A program made the translations under genes and the position numbers. A stretch of DNA of 43,223 nt from Thermodesulfovibrionales bacterium. GTDB lineage: Bacteria > Nitrospirota > Thermodesulfovibrionia > Thermodesulfovibrionales > UBA6898. The DNA lies in contig JBIOIY010000020.1 in assembly GCA_044450345.1 (NCBI GenBank), positions 1 to 43,223 of the forward strand, read 5' to 3'. The notes beneath the pieces are model-generated. The model was given only the letters and a program-made list of their open reading frames with translations. It ran no database searches and was not told where the DNA came from. This document shows, in pieces, positions 10,300 through 19,171 of the stretch (positions are counted from its first letter, which is position 1; each line of letters begins with the position of its first letter).

Positions 10300-10560
10300 G
10301 AGTCAGACCGTTTGTTTTGCAACCGTGAGGCGGGGTAACTTAATAAAGTGTGGCTATCGAGTTTTGGATATCCTTGTAAAGGGGGCGTGCCTTTGGAAGA
10401 CAATAGCCTTTTTTTGGGATACAATCTTAACTGATGGCAAAGGGAGAAGAGCTATGATGCAGCTAATACAGAACGTTTTGCTATCGGCTCTCTGGCGGAC
10501 AGCGATGTGCGATGGCTTCGTCAAGCATTGGGAAAAAGGCGGGAGAAGGAAAGAGGATTG

Positions 10561-11973
10561 ATGATGGCTCCCCTTGCCTCAGATGCATTTGTGTTTTTCG
10601 GCGCCACCGGGGACCTTGCCTACATGAAGATCTTCCCCGCGATTCAGGCGATGATCAGACACGGACATCTGGACGTTCCTATCATCGGCGTTGCGAAATC
10701 GGGATGGGATGTCGGGAAACTCGAGGAGCGTGCCAGAGACAGCCTCGAGAAGCACGGTGGCGTGGATGAAAAGGCTTATGCGAAGCTCTCCTCCCTGCTC
10801 CATTATATCGACGGAGATTACTACGACGCATCTACTTATGATGCACTACGTAAAGCTCTCGGGGATGCCAGGCGGCCTCTTTACTACCTGGCGATTCCGC
10901 CAAGCATGTTCGCAACAGTCGTCCGTGCTATCTGCGAATCAGGCTGCGCAGAGGAAGCGCGGGTCGTCGTGGAAAAGCCTTTTGGGCGAGACCTCGGCTC
11001 GGCGCGGGAATTGAACAAAATTCTCACCTCGGTCTTCCCCGAAAAAGCGATCTTCCGCATCGATCATTTTCTTGGAAAGGAGCCTGTCCAAAATATCTGT
11101 TACACCCGCTTTGCGAATTCCATATTCGAGCCGATCTGGAACCGAAATTACATCGCATGCGTGCAGGTCACGCTGGCCGAAAATTTCGGCACTCAGGGGC
11201 GGGGGAAGTTCTACGAGGAAGCGGGGGCCATTCGCGACGTCCTGCAGAACCATATGCTGGCGATTGTTTCATTCCTTGCGATGGATGCTCCGTCCGGTGA
11301 TGACCCCGGGATGATACGTGATGAGGGCACGCGGTTGCTGCGTGCGATCAAACCGCTTGATCCGGCGCACGTCGTGCGTGGCCAGTTCCGGGGCTATCGT
11401 CAGGAACCCGGCGTGGCCGCGGACTCGCAGGTCGAGACCTTCGTGGCGGTGCGGCTCTTTATCGACACGTGGCGCTGGGCGGGGGTTCCATTTTATATCC
11501 GGGCCGGCAAATGTCTGCCGGTGACATCCACAACGGTAACGGTCGAGTTTAAACGCCCGCCGCGGGAAACGTTCGGCGAGATCGTGCCGGCCTTTTCGAA
11601 CCATCTCCGGTTCCGTCTCGGTCCTGATGTGTTGATTGGGCTTGGTGTCAGGACCAAGGTCCCGGGTGAAAGAATGATAGGCGAGGATGTCGAACTCATC
11701 GTCTGCCAGGACGAACGCAATGCTATGGCACCTTATGAACGTCTTTTAGGCGACGCCATGAGGGGGGAGACCACGCTCTTCGCGCATGAGTCCACGGTCG
11801 AGGAGGAGTGGCGGATCATCGATCCGATCCTAGGCAATGTGACGCCGCTTTACTTTTACGAGCAGAATACCTGGGGGCCGGACGAGGCTGACCGGATCGT
11901 CGCCCCGGATGCAACTTGGTATAACCCGAAATCAACAGAGAATGCGCCATGTGCTCAATCGAGTGGTGCCTAA
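10561..11973 (+). CDS. zwf: Glucose-6-phosphate 1-dehydrogenase
   Basis: GATGDLA, EKPFG, RIDHFLGKE and RWAGVPFYIRAGK motifs; start placed after SD AGAGGA. Confidence 0.95.
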   Translation: MMAPLASDAFVFFGATGDLAYMKIFPAIQAMIRHGHLDVPIIGVAKSGWDVGKLEERARDSLEKHGGVDEKAYAKLSSLLHYIDGDYYDASTYDALRKALGDARRPLYYLAIPPSMFATVVRAICESGCAEEARVVVEKPFGRDLGSARELNKILTSVFPEKAIFRIDHFLGKEPVQNICYTRFANSIFEPIWNRNYIACVQVTLAENFGTQGRGKFYEEAGAIRDVLQNHMLAIVSFLAMDAPSGDDPGMIRDEGTRLLRAIKPLDPAHVVRGQFRGYRQEPGVAADSQVETFVAVRLFIDTWRWAGVPFYIRAGKCLPVTSTTVTVEFKRPPRETFGEIVPAFSNHLRFRLGPDVLIGLGVRTKVPGERMIGEDVELIVCQDERNAMAPYERLLGDAMRGETTLFAHESTVEEEWRIIDPILGNVTPLYFYEQNTWGPDEADRIVAPDATWYNPKSTENAPCAQSSGA

Positions 11974-11974
11974 C

Positions 11975-12115
11975 GTGGAAACACTTGCTGCTATCCAGGC
12001 TCTTGGGGGTGACACGATCATTAATTCCTATATGATTGTCATGATTCAACAGGGAAATACTCATGCGATAATTTACGGGAAAGTTCTTTGGCCGTATGTT
12101 TCCCGGGTAATGTGA
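11975..12115 (+). CDS. Possible 46-aa ORF between zwf and the HAD gene
   Basis: GTG 1 nt after the zwf stop; its TGA overlaps the HAD ATG (TGATG); no recognised homology. Confidence 0.25.
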   Translation: METLAAIQALGGDTIINSYMIVMIQQGNTHAIIYGKVLWPYVSRVM

Positions 12116-12801
12116 TGACATCGCAAAACGAAGTTGTGTTCTTGTTTGACGTAGACAACACCCTGCTCGACAACGACCGGGTCCATGAAGACCTCCGCTG
12201 CCAAATGGAGCGTGAGTTTGGGGCAGCAAGCCGGGACCGCTACTTTGCGATCCTTGAAGAGTTGCGTGCCGAGCTTGGCTATGCTGACTACCTTGGGGCT
12301 TTACAGCACTACCGTCTGGAGGATATGTGCGATCCGGGACTGCTGAAGATGTCTTCGTTTCTGGTGGATTATCCGTTTGTGGACAGGTTGTATCCCGGCT
12401 CACTCGATGCCCTTGAGCACGTTCGCCCCTGGGGAGCAACGGTCATCCTTTCTGATGGCGACGTGGTCTTCCAGCCGCGCAAAGTGCAACGATCGGGGTT
12501 GTGGGAAGCTGTCGAGGGACGTGTTCTGATTTATATCCACAAAGAACAAATGCTGGCTGATGTCGAGCAGCGCTACCCGGCCCGTCATTACATCATGGTG
12601 GACGACAAGCTGCGCATTCTCACGGCGATGAAAGAGATCTGGGGGGACCGGCTGACGACGGTCTTTCCGCGACAGGGGCACTACGCTCTCGACCCGAGAA
12701 ATATTGCCGCCTATCCACTGGCTGATATCACCATTGAGCGCATCGGCGACATAGTCAATTATGAGGCGGCGGCGTTTCTCGGCGCAGCTACAGGCCAGTG
12801 A
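12115..12801 (+). CDS. HAD-superfamily hydrolase
   Basis: FDVDNTL motif I, LSDG, HKE and VDDK motif IV. Confidence 0.85.
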   Translation: MTSQNEVVFLFDVDNTLLDNDRVHEDLRCQMEREFGAASRDRYFAILEELRAELGYADYLGALQHYRLEDMCDPGLLKMSSFLVDYPFVDRLYPGSLDALEHVRPWGATVILSDGDVVFQPRKVQRSGLWEAVEGRVLIYIHKEQMLADVEQRYPARHYIMVDDKLRILTAMKEIWGDRLTTVFPRQGHYALDPRNIAAYPLADITIERIGDIVNYEAAAFLGAATGQ

Positions 12802-12926
12802 AAAAGTTGGTAGCATTAACCGGCTGTTATTAAGGAGATTCCTGTGCGGGGGATGGTTATGAACCCTGCATTTTTGCGACAACTGTTCGGTGGCGAACCG
12901 GCCGGCGGCGGGAAATAGTGCCTGCT

Positions 12927-15605
12927 CTACAGCTTAAGGACCATACGCAACATGTCTTCGTCGTCGTAGGCCTGTTTGAAGTCATATTTTCGGGCAAAGG
13001 CCAGCATACGGGCATTATTCTTGAGTATCTCCATCCAGATTGTTGTCAGGCCGACCTCCTTCGCGATATCTAAGCAGTAATCCATCAGCATGCTTCCCAC
13101 CCCTTTTCCCTGCCACTGGTCGGCGACCAGAATCGACACTTCGGCATTTTCCAGGTCAGGGAGCTTGCTGATCCTGACATCGCCGATAATGGCCTTCTCG
13201 TATTCCCTCTGGGCCACAAAGGCGAGTTCGCGATCATAGTCCACCTGGCAGTATCTGACAAGCTTCTCATGAGGTATATAGGTAAGCGGGTGGCAAAACC
13301 GGTAGACGAGAGTCTCTTCCGAGAGGGTCTTGAAAAACTCATAGATGAGCGGCTCGTCTTCGCCGCGGATCGGCCGCACGTTACAGACAGTCCCGTCACC
13401 AAGCGTCTTTTCCACGGCATATTTGAAGGGATACGGGCAGATCGACAGATGCGGTGGGCAGAGGTCGCCCTTGACTTTGCAATGGTTGGTCTGTGCCCCT
13501 TCTTCAAGGAGGACCCCGCCATCCAGGGCAATGCCGTATTTGTCCGAAAGGACAAAGGGGTTGATCTCAATCTCCCTGATCTGATGAAAATCGACAATCA
13601 GCTGGGAAAACCTGACCAGTATCTCCTCGAGAAGCCGCAGAATTCCCTGATAGGCGGGGAGACCTTGCAGATACCGGTATATCTTCGTCTCCTCCATCAT
13701 CTGTCGCGCCAGGGCCTGATTAAGGGGAGGAAGCCCGATCGAATAATCCTTCATCGCATCGAGGAGTTCCCCTCCGGTCCCGAAGACGATGACAGCGCCG
13801 AAACTGGGGTCTTTTTTTGCGCCGATCACCAGTTCGTACCCCTTCTTTAAGACCATCGGCTGAATGACCACGCCTGCCTCGGTATCACCCGTCTTGGAGG
13901 ATATACTCTTCAGTGACCGGAACGCCTCCCTGACCGACTTCTCATCCCTGAGGTTCAGGACGACACCCCCTTTTTCGAGCTTGTGAAAGATCTTTTCGGA
14001 ATCGATTTTGAGGACCACCGGATAACCCATTTTTTCCGATAGCCCGACAGCATCATCTTCATGGACCGCCCTGACCGTCTCTACCATTGGAATGCCGTAT
14101 ATCTCGAAGATTTCCTTTGCCTCGTCCAGGCGGATGGTGCCCCTGGCGGTCGCTGCCGCATTCCCGATGATCTCCCCCACCCTATCGATATGGGGGACAA
14201 AGTCCTTGAGGATCGCCTCGGGAGTTTCGTGCAACAGTTTGAGGTTAAAGTCATACCGGTACATATACAGGAAACTCTTCACCGCCTGCTCGGGAGTTAC
14301 AAAGGTGGGGATCTCCTTGCTGCTTAGGAACTCGCGGGCCCGGAGCACCTGTTCGTCTCCCAACCATGCCGTAAACAGGGGGGTCTGGGGAACCGACTTC
14401 GCGGCCTTTACCACGGCTGCAGCTATATCTCTCGGATCAAAGCAGGGGAAAGGGACATAGACCACCAGAATGCCGTCGACGTCACTATCCTTCAAACAAC
14501 TCCCCACCGCCCTCTCGAAGTCCTCGGGCGAGGCGTCCGGCAGAAGGCAGACAGGGTTGTTGATCCTCCTTCTGAGGGTCTGGTGTCTCTCTATTTCATC
14601 CACCACTTCTTCCCCAAGCACTGCCAGTTCTCCCTCCATCAGGATAAGGGCGTCCACAGCCATGGAGGCCGGTCCCAGGGAATTGGTGATGATTGCCAAC
14701 CTCTTCCCCTGTGGACGGTGCTGTTTTGCGAGTGTCTCAGTAATATAGAAGAGATCGAGCATCTCGTACACACGCACCGCGCCGGCCCTCCTGAAGGCCG
14801 CCTCATAGACCTTGTCTTCCCCTGCGAGCGCCCCGGAATGGGTCAGGAACATCCGCCCTGAAACCTCAGCCCGTCCGGACCTCACCACCACTATCGGCTT
14901 GCTGCTTGAGAAGCTCCTGACCGCAGTCATGAACTTCCTTCCGTTATTGATATTCTGGATATACAGGATGATTGCCCATGTTTCAGGGTCGGTCCCCAGG
15001 TAATCGATCAGATCGGCAAAGTCGATATCCAGCTTTCCTCCCACCGAGATGAAATGACTGAACCCCATTTGTTTGCTCATCGCCCTCTCCAGAAAGGCAG
15101 AAGAGAAGATGCCGCTATGGGAGATGAAGGCGATGTTCCCCTTCCGGGGAATATGAGGGAAAAGGCTCGCATTAAGGTTTTTGGACGGCCGCAGAAAGCC
15201 GAAGGAGTTGGGGCCCATGACCCTGAAGCCGTAGATGATCGAGAGCCTCCTGATCTGGCTTTCAAGCTCTTCAGAGTTGGCGTCGGCGTGTTCAAAGTGC
15301 GGGGCAAGGATGACGACACCTTTGACGTCCTTCTGTCCGCACTCCTCCAGCGCCGTGTAAAGCTCATCGGCAGCAGATGCGACGATGGCCAGGTCGATCT
15401 GGTGAGGTATTGCGGTGATCGTCTTATAGGCCTCGACACCCTGCACAGCCTCCCGGTGTTTATTCACGGGAAAGACAACCCCGGGAAACCCTTTTCCCAC
15501 GAGATTCCTGAAGGCATAGTACCCTAAAGACCGCGTGTCGTCGCTCGCTCCGATGACAGCTATCCGGTGGGGGTTGAAAAAAACGTCGAGATTTTTAATA
15601 GACAT
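12927..15605 (-). CDS. Pat/YfiQ-type protein lysine acetyltransferase (NDP-forming acyl-CoA synthetase-like domains plus C-terminal GNAT)
   Basis: IAVIGAS CoA-binding domain, GPNSFG, ATP-grasp region (GYPVVLKI, DPSFGAVIVFG), GNAT with DYDRELAFVA and QGKGVG. Confidence 0.9.
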   Translation of the reverse strand: MSIKNLDVFFNPHRIAVIGASDDTRSLGYYAFRNLVGKGFPGVVFPVNKHREAVQGVEAYKTITAIPHQIDLAIVASAADELYTALEECGQKDVKGVVILAPHFEHADANSEELESQIRRLSIIYGFRVMGPNSFGFLRPSKNLNASLFPHIPRKGNIAFISHSGIFSSAFLERAMSKQMGFSHFISVGGKLDIDFADLIDYLGTDPETWAIILYIQNINNGRKFMTAVRSFSSSKPIVVVRSGRAEVSGRMFLTHSGALAGEDKVYEAAFRRAGAVRVYEMLDLFYITETLAKQHRPQGKRLAIITNSLGPASMAVDALILMEGELAVLGEEVVDEIERHQTLRRRINNPVCLLPDASPEDFERAVGSCLKDSDVDGILVVYVPFPCFDPRDIAAAVVKAAKSVPQTPLFTAWLGDEQVLRAREFLSSKEIPTFVTPEQAVKSFLYMYRYDFNLKLLHETPEAILKDFVPHIDRVGEIIGNAAATARGTIRLDEAKEIFEIYGIPMVETVRAVHEDDAVGLSEKMGYPVVLKIDSEKIFHKLEKGGVVLNLRDEKSVREAFRSLKSISSKTGDTEAGVVIQPMVLKKGYELVIGAKKDPSFGAVIVFGTGGELLDAMKDYSIGLPPLNQALARQMMEETKIYRYLQGLPAYQGILRLLEEILVRFSQLIVDFHQIREIEINPFVLSDKYGIALDGGVLLEEGAQTNHCKVKGDLCPPHLSICPYPFKYAVEKTLGDGTVCNVRPIRGEDEPLIYEFFKTLSEETLVYRFCHPLTYIPHEKLVRYCQVDYDRELAFVAQREYEKAIIGDVRISKLPDLENAEVSILVADQWQGKGVGSMLMDYCLDIAKEVGLTTIWMEILKNNARMLAFARKYDFKQAYDDEDMLRMVLKL

Positions 15606-15842
15606 GCCGCAACCTCATTGTTGCACGCTGCTGTTACGGTAAATATCCAGCTCAGACAGAGCGTAACAGCAGAAACATTTCGCTTCTCTCCGGCGCAAGA
15701 CAGCAGACAAAGTATTGCCCGCGACGTAGATAAGAAAGAAATCCAGTCGGTAAAGAGTGCTGTCATGGTGCCGGTTCATAGCTGTTTATAGCACCTGCCT
15801 AAGACTAAGACATAGATAGCAATATCTTACCCTCATAATTAG

Positions 15843-15871
15843 ATTGTCAGCCATATTGGGGTGACTGTCAA
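15843..15871 (-). promoter_or_regulatory. Sigma70-type promoter upstream of the Pat gene
   Basis: TTGACA-17 bp-GACAAT on the minus strand. Confidence 0.5.
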
Positions 15872-15902
15872 GGCAGGGGCCTAACCCGGATTTAGAACTA
15901 TC

Positions 15903-16577
15903 TCAGCTCTTCCGGGTCTGACCGAGGGACCATTCCATGGGATCGAGCAGCGTGTATCCCATGTTCTCGAGTTTTCTTTTCACCTTGGCGACATTGAGGG
16001 TCAAAAGGTATGGGAAAACAACCCTTTTGTCTTTTTCCCAGTGCCTTGCTACAAGAATGCTGCCGAAGGGTATCCCCTCTTCGGTAATTGCATCCACGAT
16101 TTTCTTCATCTGCCCCACTTTCTCTTCTGCGACGAGACACAGGAGGGTCCCTGGTTCTTCAATCCCCAGCACACTGATAAACGCGCCGATCAGATCGCGT
16201 CTCGAGATGATTCCCTTCAATTTCCCATCCAGGTCGACAACAGGCAATGCACCCATGTTACTCTTATGCATACGCAGAAGCGCGTCCCCAAGGGTGTCCA
16301 TGGGGGAAGTTGTGATCACCTTTTTATTCATTACATCCCCGACCTTAAGCGCGGAAATTCGTTGTATTTCCTTTGTGTCTTCCCTGCAGGTGGAAAAGAC
16401 AGACGGCAGCGCACTGCGTATATCACGGTCGGTAATCATCCCTATCACTTTATTATCTTCATCAACCACCGGCAGATGCCTGATCCCGTTCTCTTCCATC
16501 TTTCCTCTTGCTTCGAGTACACCGGCATCAGGTCCAATTGTAATGACCCTTCGCGTCATCGATTTATCTATAAACAT
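15903..16577 (-). CDS. AcuB-like protein (CBS pair plus ACT-like domain)
   Basis: IRHLPVVD...GMITDRD and ALPVVD...GIISRRD CBS repeats; overlaps the HDAC stop. Confidence 0.85.
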   Translation of the reverse strand: MFIDKSMTRRVITIGPDAGVLEARGKMEENGIRHLPVVDEDNKVIGMITDRDIRSALPSVFSTCREDTKEIQRISALKVGDVMNKKVITTSPMDTLGDALLRMHKSNMGALPVVDLDGKLKGIISRRDLIGAFISVLGIEEPGTLLCLVAEEKVGQMKKIVDAITEEGIPFGSILVARHWEKDKRVVFPYLLTLNVAKVKRKLENMGYTLLDPMEWSLGQTRKS

Positions 16578-17575
16578 GGTACCCCCTTTAAGGCTTTGCT
16601 GCCGAGCAGAATTTCAACATGATTTCTTGCCAATTCAGACAGGCGGTTCACTGCGTATCCCCCTTCGAGAACAGAGATGACCCGTCCCCCCGAATAGTTG
16701 TCGGCCATCCCGACAATATTCTCCATGATCCATGAAAAGCACCCCGTCGAAAGATTTATATCGGACATGTCATCGTCAACATGGGCATCGAAACCTGCGG
16801 ACACAAGAATCAATTCAGGCTTAAACTCCTCGAAAGCCGGGAACAGGTCTTTTTCAAGCAATGCTTTATACTCCGCGTCTCCCCGGCCGGGCAGCACCGG
16901 CGAGTTCAGGGTGAATCCGTAGCCCTCGCCTGATCCTTTCTCAAACTCCCTGCCCGTGCCGGGATACGCAAATGAAGGATGTTCATGAATAGAATAATAA
17001 AACACCGAAGGATCATCTTCAAAAATATTCTGCGTGCCGTTGCCGTGATGGACATCAAAATCCACTATGCCTATCCGCTGCAATTTCCATTTACGCCTCA
17101 GATACCTGGCGGCAATGGCTACGTTGTTGAAATAGCAAAATCCCATGACCCTGCCCACTTCTGCATGATGTCCGGGCGGCCTGACAGCGCAGAAGGCATT
17201 GTCTATCTCTCCCTCCATCACGAGATTGACGGTATCGAGAATTCCCCCTACAGCCAGCATCGCGGTTTCAAAGGTCTCGCCGCATATTTTATTATCAGGA
17301 TGATCAAGCTCGCGCATCCCCCAATGACAGGCTTCTTCAAAGCGCATTATGAGTTTGATGCTGTGCACAATCTCAATCCACCCCTGGTCGGCGCGGCTGG
17401 CCTTTATGGGTCTCACTTTGGACATAAGACCCCCCTCTTCAAGCCCCCTGTAAATCGCGAGCAGTCGAGCGGGACACTCCGGATGTTCGGGTCCGGTGTC
17501 GTGGAGCAAAAACCGTTCGTCGTACAGAAACCCTGTCCTTCTCATCGCGCCATTGGCCATCCTGAAATTCTTCAC
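16568..17575 (-). CDS. Zn-dependent deacetylase of the HDAC/AcuC family
   Basis: HPE.P.R, RPPGHHA, GFCYFNN, DFDVHHGNG, SAGFDAH and LEGGY; true start may be ATG 17545. Confidence 0.93.
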   Translation of the reverse strand: MKNFRMANGAMRRTGFLYDERFLLHDTGPEHPECPARLLAIYRGLEEGGLMSKVRPIKASRADQGWIEIVHSIKLIMRFEEACHWGMRELDHPDNKICGETFETAMLAVGGILDTVNLVMEGEIDNAFCAVRPPGHHAEVGRVMGFCYFNNVAIAARYLRRKWKLQRIGIVDFDVHHGNGTQNIFEDDPSVFYYSIHEHPSFAYPGTGREFEKGSGEGYGFTLNSPVLPGRGDAEYKALLEKDLFPAFEEFKPELILVSAGFDAHVDDDMSDINLSTGCFSWIMENIVGMADNYSGGRVISVLEGGYAVNRLSELARNHVEILLGSKALKGVPCL

Positions 17576-17770
17576 TCTTAAAAAAAATAGGGAGGGGTCT
17601 GAAAATCTCTCTTACCCCCTTTTAATAATTTAAAACTAATCTAAGGTTTTTTCCACCCTGAACTATTTTTTCTTTCCGTGCACCATTTTTACGATGACAC
17701 TAAAGAAAGATCACCACAGTCTAATTGCTTCAACTCATACATACGGTTGCATTCGCTGGATGAAATTTTG

Positions 17771-17800
17771 TGCTACAATAGTCTGACCAGACTGACCAGA
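17771..17800 (+). promoter_or_regulatory. Extended -10 and probable autoregulatory operator of the TA operon
   Basis: TGCTACAAT, then palindrome AGTCTG-AC-CAGACT (17780-17793) and tandem CTGACCAGA x2. Confidence 0.6.
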
Positions 17801-17814
17801 TAGAGGAGGTCGTG

Positions 17815-18066
17815 ATGAGCATATGGCAGCTTCAGGAAGCAAAGGCCCGCTTGAGCGAGGTCATCAAGAAAGCAAAGGAGGAAGGCCCGCAGAGCATTAC
17901 GGTCCACGGGTCTCCCACGGCAGTAATTATTTCGAGCAAGGAGTATGAACGGCTGAAGCACCCACAGGGAAGCTTCGTTGAGTTCATGCGCCGGTCGCCG
18001 CTCTACGGCGTAGACCTAGACCTTAAGCGCGAGCAGACACTCACGCGCGAGGCCGACATCGCATGA
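17815..18066 (+). CDS. Phd/YefM-family antitoxin
   Basis: WQLQEAKARLSEVI...GPQSITVHG; SD GAGGAGG; ATGA overlap with the toxin. Confidence 0.92.
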   Translation: MSIWQLQEAKARLSEVIKKAKEEGPQSITVHGSPTAVIISSKEYERLKHPQGSFVEFMRRSPLYGVDLDLKREQTLTREADIA

Positions 18067-18473
18067 GCTACCTGCTCGACACCAACATTCTATCCGAGAC
18101 GATCAGAAAAAGCCCGAATAGGTCGGTCATTACATGGCTCGATCAGATCCCCGGTGAAGCACTCTTCATAAGTGTGCTGACTCTTGGAGAGATTCGCAAG
18201 GGCATCGAATCTCTAAGCGATAAGAGACGCCGCGAGAAGCTGCGCCTCTGGCTGGAGCACGAGCTGCCGGAATGGTTTGAGGGCCGGGTGCTGCCGGTGG
18301 GCCTGGCGGTTGCAGACCGGTGGGGGCGTCTGCTTGCAGAGGCAGGCAGACCAGTTCCTACGATCGATAGCCTTCTGGCTGCAACAGCCCTGCATCATGA
18401 ACTGAGGTTGGTTACACGCAATGCCCGGGATTTTGATTATCATGGGCTCGAAGTAATCAATCCCTTTAGCTAA
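18063..18473 (+). CDS. vapC: VapC/PIN-domain toxin
   Basis: YLLDTNILSE, GEI, DSLLAATA and LVTRNARDF. Confidence 0.92.
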   Translation: MSYLLDTNILSETIRKSPNRSVITWLDQIPGEALFISVLTLGEIRKGIESLSDKRRREKLRLWLEHELPEWFEGRVLPVGLAVADRWGRLLAEAGRPVPTIDSLLAATALHHELRLVTRNARDFDYHGLEVINPFS

Positions 18474-18602
18474 GCAGGGATGTCTGAATACATTCCCCCT
18501 GCCAGGGTGGCAGTTTTGCTCTGGAGTAGGGGCAGGAATAATCCGGAAGATGAACTTCTTGTGAGGAGAAAAGGCTCGGGGTAAGACTACAACTGAACTA
18601 AT

Positions 18603-18812
18603 TCAGAACCCGTAACTGTATTGCCGCTTCCTTCTTAAACATTTCGCCAAAAATAGCGCACAGTTATCATAGGTTTCGCTGTTGCAGCGATTCAATCTTA
18701 CCAGTGCCCCGATTTTGAGAGATGTCACGGATGCTTCACATACATCAGACTTAGCATCACAGTACGGACACACATCCGAATCTTCTCTTACTTTAGTTGC
18801 TTTTGCATTCAT
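18603..18812 (-). CDS. Small Cys-rich protein (69 aa)
   Basis: SD AAGGAGGTGA; CPYC..C..C..C..C pattern. Confidence 0.7.
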   Translation of the reverse strand: MNAKATKVREDSDVCPYCDAKSDVCEASVTSLKIGALVRLNRCNSETYDNCALFLAKCLRRKRQYSYGF

Positions 18813-18840
18813 AGTATTCACCTCCTTTCTTTTTAACAAG

Positions 18841-19011
18841 TTAACGAAAACTTATTACCGCATTATTAACTATAACGCTTGGCAAATCTCGTTTTAGTCT
18901 TATCCATACCTCCTTGTTTTCAATTTCTTCTTCGTAATCACAAAGAACGTTAGAACACTCATAATGAGTTTCCCTGTCTAACATCTCTCTACCGCACGCT
19001 ATGCATTTCAT
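18841..19011 (-). CDS. Small zinc-ribbon-like protein (56 aa), absent from the ORF track
   Basis: Hand translation MKCIACGREMLDRETHYECSNVLCDYEEEIENKEVWIRLKRDLPSVIVNNAVISFR; CxxC...CxxxxC; purine-rich SD GGAAGGGGG. Confidence 0.65.
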   Translation of the reverse strand: MKCIACGREMLDRETHYECSNVLCDYEEEIENKEVWIRLKRDLPSVIVNNAVISFR

Positions 19012-19049
19012 GAAATTTCCCCCTTCCTGCTGTGTGGATTACTACCTAC

Positions 19050-19092
19050 AGTTTAATAAAAGAATGTTACAGGAAAATGACTTTACCGTGAA
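19050..19092 (-). promoter_or_regulatory. Pho-box-like (OmpR/PhoB family) direct repeats and -10
   Basis: Minus strand TTCAC, GTCAT and GTAAC at 11-bp period, then 10 nt and TAAACT. Confidence 0.55.
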
Positions 19093-19171
19093 ATTTTGAA
19101 TTATTGAATTTGATTTTTTTGGGAGAGAGTGTAATTACAATAAGGCAAAGCGTGACCCTTTCATATTCCGA

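Noticed and set aside
10325..10561. 78-aa ORF upstream of zwf
   Set aside because: No SD or motif; probably promoter or UTR sequence
12879..12900. ACAAC followed by TGT as the partner Tn7-like end
   Set aside because: It matches the candidate target duplication, but no TnsB-like repeats follow
18866..18907. 13-aa ORF MDKTKTRFAKRYS with an AAGGAGG SD
   Set aside because: Lies out of frame inside the more convincing 56-aa Cys-rich ORF; cannot be supported without Ribo-seq
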